From Candidatus Thorarchaeota archaeon (lineage in GTDB: Archaea; Asgardarchaeota; Heimdallarchaeia; Hodarchaeales; Hodarchaeaceae): DNA of 9,543 bases. Shown piece after piece: positions 7,092 to 9,543 of this stretch. The DNA lies in NCBI GenBank assembly GCA_048882505.1, contig JBHLRO010000044.1, positions 1 through 9,543 of the forward strand. Direction: 5' to 3'. Under the pieces are notes generated by a model that was given only the letters and a program-made list of their open reading frames with translations, was not told the DNA's origin and made no database searches. How positions within the stretch are numbered: the stretch's first letter is position 1; each line of letters starts with the position of its first letter. A program made the translations under genes and the position numbers.

Positions 7092-8126
7092 ATGAAAGAC
7101 CCTGATCGCGAGGATTCAATTCGTTCTTTTTTTCAAACACATACGGGGGAAATGGTGGTCGTTCCTGGAGTAGCGCCAGACCAATTACCAGCGAAAATCA
7201 GAGAATTACTGCCGAAGTTGATGGAATCCAACATTGTCGATAAGCTGTTCCAGGTTGATGGGTTGAAGCAAGAGAAAACGTCTTGGTTTGCCCTTCTGGA
7301 TTGTTTGTTTACTTTTCGTTGTGATGGATGTAACAGCATTCCCGTGATCTTTGAGGGGGCCGTCTTCTCGAAGAACGGGGCAACTTATTTTACGGAAGGC
7401 GGACATGTAGCCACCATTCCTGCCACAGGGCGTATTTTGGCTATCCAGAAAGGCTATCATTTCTTGTTGAATGGCCACTGTGCCCCGTGTGATCGTAGTC
7501 GGTATGTCATTGCCTCTCACCACCCCGAGTTCGTGCCCATCATCAATTCCTTTGCGCTCGAAGCGCTTGGGTTGGAATGTCCGGAAGCCCATGGTTTTAT
7601 TGCACTCCCCAGCTGGATAGACACGTATTTTACCAAGAAGAAATTTGATAGGAAATTCGCCCAACAAACCGTGATCCGCCTCACGGAGACGTTGTTCACA
7701 TTATTAAAATCGGCCCAGGAACGACAGCTCCCAAGAAAACTGGGTATCAAGGAAAGGTCTGACAATATCAAGATGGATCTGAAACGGCTCCTCCCTCAGG
7801 TAATGGACGAGATCCAGTTTTGTGGGTTTATTAAAGGGGTCTTTCATTTTTACCTGATCTATGTTCTGTTCAGCAGGAATCGGATCGCCGCGTTAGATCC
7901 CAAATTAGAAAAACTTCATATCTCACAAGTGATTAAGCAGGCCAAGGAGCAGGCCCCTTTACTGTCCCCTGGAAAAAAAGTAGAATGCTTTGTGGTTTCT
8001 CTCGTCCTAATTGCAGAAACATATCGAAAACTCACGAATTCCGAGTTACCCCTGCCCCAATGGATCCAACCCTTTTGTGACAAACATCTCAAGAGATTTT
8101 TTCATCCAAAAGGGGATTCTACTTAG
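7092..8126 (+). CDS. Hypothetical protein (344 aa) with two CxxC motifs (putative Zn-binding) and a helical C-terminal half with tentative TFB/cyclin-fold resemblance
   Basis: Long ORF with a good SD. CDGC (aa 77-80) and HCAPC (aa 129-133). The C-terminal VIKQAKEQAPLLSPGKKVECFVVSLVLIA resembles TFB repeat helices. ORF confidence is high; the function is speculative. Confidence 0.85.
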   Translation: MKDPDREDSIRSFFQTHTGEMVVVPGVAPDQLPAKIRELLPKLMESNIVDKLFQVDGLKQEKTSWFALLDCLFTFRCDGCNSIPVIFEGAVFSKNGATYFTEGGHVATIPATGRILAIQKGYHFLLNGHCAPCDRSRYVIASHHPEFVPIINSFALEALGLECPEAHGFIALPSWIDTYFTKKKFDRKFAQQTVIRLTETLFTLLKSAQERQLPRKLGIKERSDNIKMDLKRLLPQVMDEIQFCGFIKGVFHFYLIYVLFSRNRIAALDPKLEKLHISQVIKQAKEQAPLLSPGKKVECFVVSLVLIAETYRKLTNSELPLPQWIQPFCDKHLKRFFHPKGDST

Positions 8127-8216
8127 AATATCTCAAGATGGATCATGAAATCCGTCACGAAGTGTAAAATGCTTAAAGTTAGCTACGCAAAATACCGAGG
8201 AGGCCAATCTAGGCTT

Positions 8217-8540
8217 TCATAATCTAGAAAGCAGCTCATCCCAATGAACCATCGTCATTTTAAGTTCACGAGGCTCTTCATTCCCTAAATTCACTTTATA
8301 CTCTAGATATAATCCGTTTTCCAAATGCTCCTTAGCGATTGCGTCTATTATTGCTAATTGTCTATCGGTTCCATACTTTTTGTAATGCTTTTCTGCCACT
8401 ACACGGGACATATTTGGAGATACTGAAGCTATAATTACTTCTTCACCATCAATTTCCCGTGTCAAATACGTCAGATCCTGGGGCACAGAATCATTAGGTG
8501 AAAATCTTTTACTGCAAAAAACCTCTTTGTACTGCTTCAA
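8217..8540 (-). CDS. Hypothetical protein (107 aa from TTG; ~116 aa if it starts at ATG 8566 via a -1 shift)
   Basis: Protein-like composition, co-oriented downstream of the ERCC4 gene, and AT-rich (22/60 GC at 8341-8400). No recognisable family. Confidence 0.7.
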   Translation of the reverse strand: MKQYKEVFCSKRFSPNDSVPQDLTYLTREIDGEEVIIASVSPNMSRVVAEKHYKKYGTDRQLAIIDAIAKEHLENGLYLEYKVNLGNEEPRELKMTMVHWDELLSRL

Positions 8541-8688
8541 AAAGCTTCAAGGGCCTCTCGATCCATCTTCCATTGGGAACCTACCTTACCTCTCGGATCA
8601 AATCGGGAAAAATCGTGGAATTTCAGTACACAAACATATCAAAACCTTGAGACGGTCGTTAACGTAATCTTTCGGATTCTGGAGTGAT

Positions 8689-9327
8689 TTAATCAGGAAG
8701 ACTCCCCTGCGTGATAGCACACAAGATTTTGTTGGCCAATTTGGGGCCAATGCCTTCGAGCGCTTGGAGGTCAGTGAGGGGGCCATTGCCTACCGCTAGG
8801 ATACTGGCATATTTGGTACCAACAGTGATAGCCCGTCGTAATCCGACCCCTGGGATAATACGAAGCATGTTAACCGTGATGTTTTGCTGGAGATCGGGAT
8901 TGAAATCGAAGCTCTGGAAATGATTGGGACTCGGAATTTTCCCCTCAATGTCCGTAAGGAGTTTATGAATCACCCAGGCAATGATTTGCTCATTATTAGG
9001 GACGGGGATGAGCGTAAACCCATAATGGAAGGCCGCCGTTAAGAGGGCACCCAAAACAGGTTCCAAGCGGTACCGGGCATCCCGAATCACATCGGCAAGA
9101 ACCACGAAAGGCCGCTTCCCAGACTCTTGCATCCGTTTCATCTGATTGATGAACCTTCGATCGCGGATAGACTGAAACAAATCACCTCCCCGCTTAATCT
9201 CGCCGATAATGGTGTGGCCCTCAAAATCCCGTCCTGTCAGGGCCTTTCGGGTAATCGTGTGGCCCTCTTGTTCCAGGTACATGGCGAGAACATCGGGTTC
9301 GTGGGCACAGAGGAGCAGATCTGCCAT
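8689..9327 (-). CDS. Short XPF/Mus81/Hef-like structure-specific endonuclease: ERCC4 domain plus tandem helix-hairpin-helix (212 aa)
   Basis: RDF(34)...EIKRGGDLFQSIRDRRFINQMKRM matches the ERCC4 pattern GD(Y/F)..ERKxxxD(L)xxSxxDGRLxxQxxRM. HhH motifs IPGVG (158-162) and EGIGP (191-195). SD GGAGG lies 9 nt upstream of the ATG. Confidence 0.9.
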   Translation of the reverse strand: MADLLLCAHEPDVLAMYLEQEGHTITRKALTGRDFEGHTIIGEIKRGGDLFQSIRDRRFINQMKRMQESGKRPFVVLADVIRDARYRLEPVLGALLTAAFHYGFTLIPVPNNEQIIAWVIHKLLTDIEGKIPSPNHFQSFDFNPDLQQNITVNMLRIIPGVGLRRAITVGTKYASILAVGNGPLTDLQALEGIGPKLANKILCAITQGSLPD

Positions 9328-9336
9328 CCAAGATAG

Positions 9337-9345
9337 CCTCCCTCT
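9337..9345 (-). promoter_or_regulatory. Ribosome-binding site (AGAGGGAGG) of the ERCC4 gene
   Basis: The GGAGG core (9341-9337) ends 9 nt upstream of ATG 9327. Confidence 0.6.
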
Positions 9346-9362
9346 TGTGATGCTAGTAAGGC

Positions 9363-9409
9363 CTTAAATACCAGAAAAAAGCCGTCTTCCCCTTTTACGA
9401 GTATTTAAG
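9363..9409. promoter_or_regulatory. Perfect 9-bp inverted repeat CTTAAATAC-N29-GTATTTAAG; candidate divergent TATA pair or operator
   Basis: Arms at 9363-9371 and 9401-9409. CTTAAATA fits the archaeal box A pattern YTTAWA. The repeat lies between divergent starts at 9327 (-) and 9452 (+). Confidence 0.5.
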
Positions 9410-9451
9410 CGCCGCTCCCCTTGCAGGGTGAATATCTTTGGGGTACCAAAA

Positions 9452-9543
9452 ATGGCTCAAACCACCAGTTTGATTCAGGTTACGCAAGGGGCCATGTTGC
9501 TAAACCGCCTCCAACGCCTTCATCCCCAGGTGTTTGATAACCT
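9452..9543 (+). CDS. 5' fragment of a hypothetical protein running off the window (MAQTTSLIQVTQGAMLLNRLQRLHPQVFDN...)
   Basis: ATG at 9452 and open for 30 codons to the edge. It lies downstream of the TATA-like inverted repeat with a weak GGGGT purine run upstream. Too short to be sure. Confidence 0.45.
   Translation, partial: MAQTTSLIQVTQGAMLLNRLQRLHPQVFDN

Noticed and set aside
8086-8138. 9-bp direct repeat ATCTCAAGA at 8086 and 8130
   Set aside because: It flanks only the last codons of the 344-aa gene with no element between the copies, so it is plausibly chance.
5668-9336. Other track ORFs overlapping the protease, the 344-aa gene and the ERCC4 gene (e.g. 7206-7667 -, 8598-8786 -, 8711-8923 +, 9127-9336 +)
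   Set aside because: They are antisense or out-of-frame shadows of better-supported genes and carry no motifs.
1-9543. CRISPR array, tRNA/rRNA, terminal repeats, DGR template/variable repeat pair
   Set aside because: By eye I found no regularly spaced 25-45-nt repeats, no cloverleaf, no matching window ends, no ~100-nt near-duplicate and no reverse transcriptase. A self-dotplot would confirm this.

Overview
This window looks archaeal or like an archaeal mobile element (inference from TATA-like boxes and a stand-alone short XPF-type nuclease). It is a compositional patchwork with no RNA genes, CRISPR array or recognisable integrase/transposase. From left to right: (1) a 1728-aa orphan with a signal peptide, a ConA/LamG-like beta region, a DxNxDG loop and a ~60-aa hydrophobic segment; (2) a convergent, signal-bearing S8 subtilase with an intact D/H/S triad but no propeptide, whose subtilase-like sequence stops abruptly at ~5381 inside a 75-bp tail-to-tail overlap with the giant ORF, suggesting a junction; (3) a decayed CopZ/HMA-like pseudogene that the ORF track misses; (4) an intergenic region with co-oriented TCGT motifs, TGACA/TGTCA palindromes and a hairpin; (5) a 344-aa two-CxxC protein with a possible TFB/cyclin-like helical end and a PIP-like tail; (6) a 107-aa orphan that may really start 26 nt upstream across a homopolymer frameshift; (7) a divergent ERCC4/XPF-like nuclease with two HhH motifs; (8) a 9-bp inverted repeat of TATA-like boxes followed by an ORF running off the right edge. 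All family calls come from reading motifs by eye; no searches were run.
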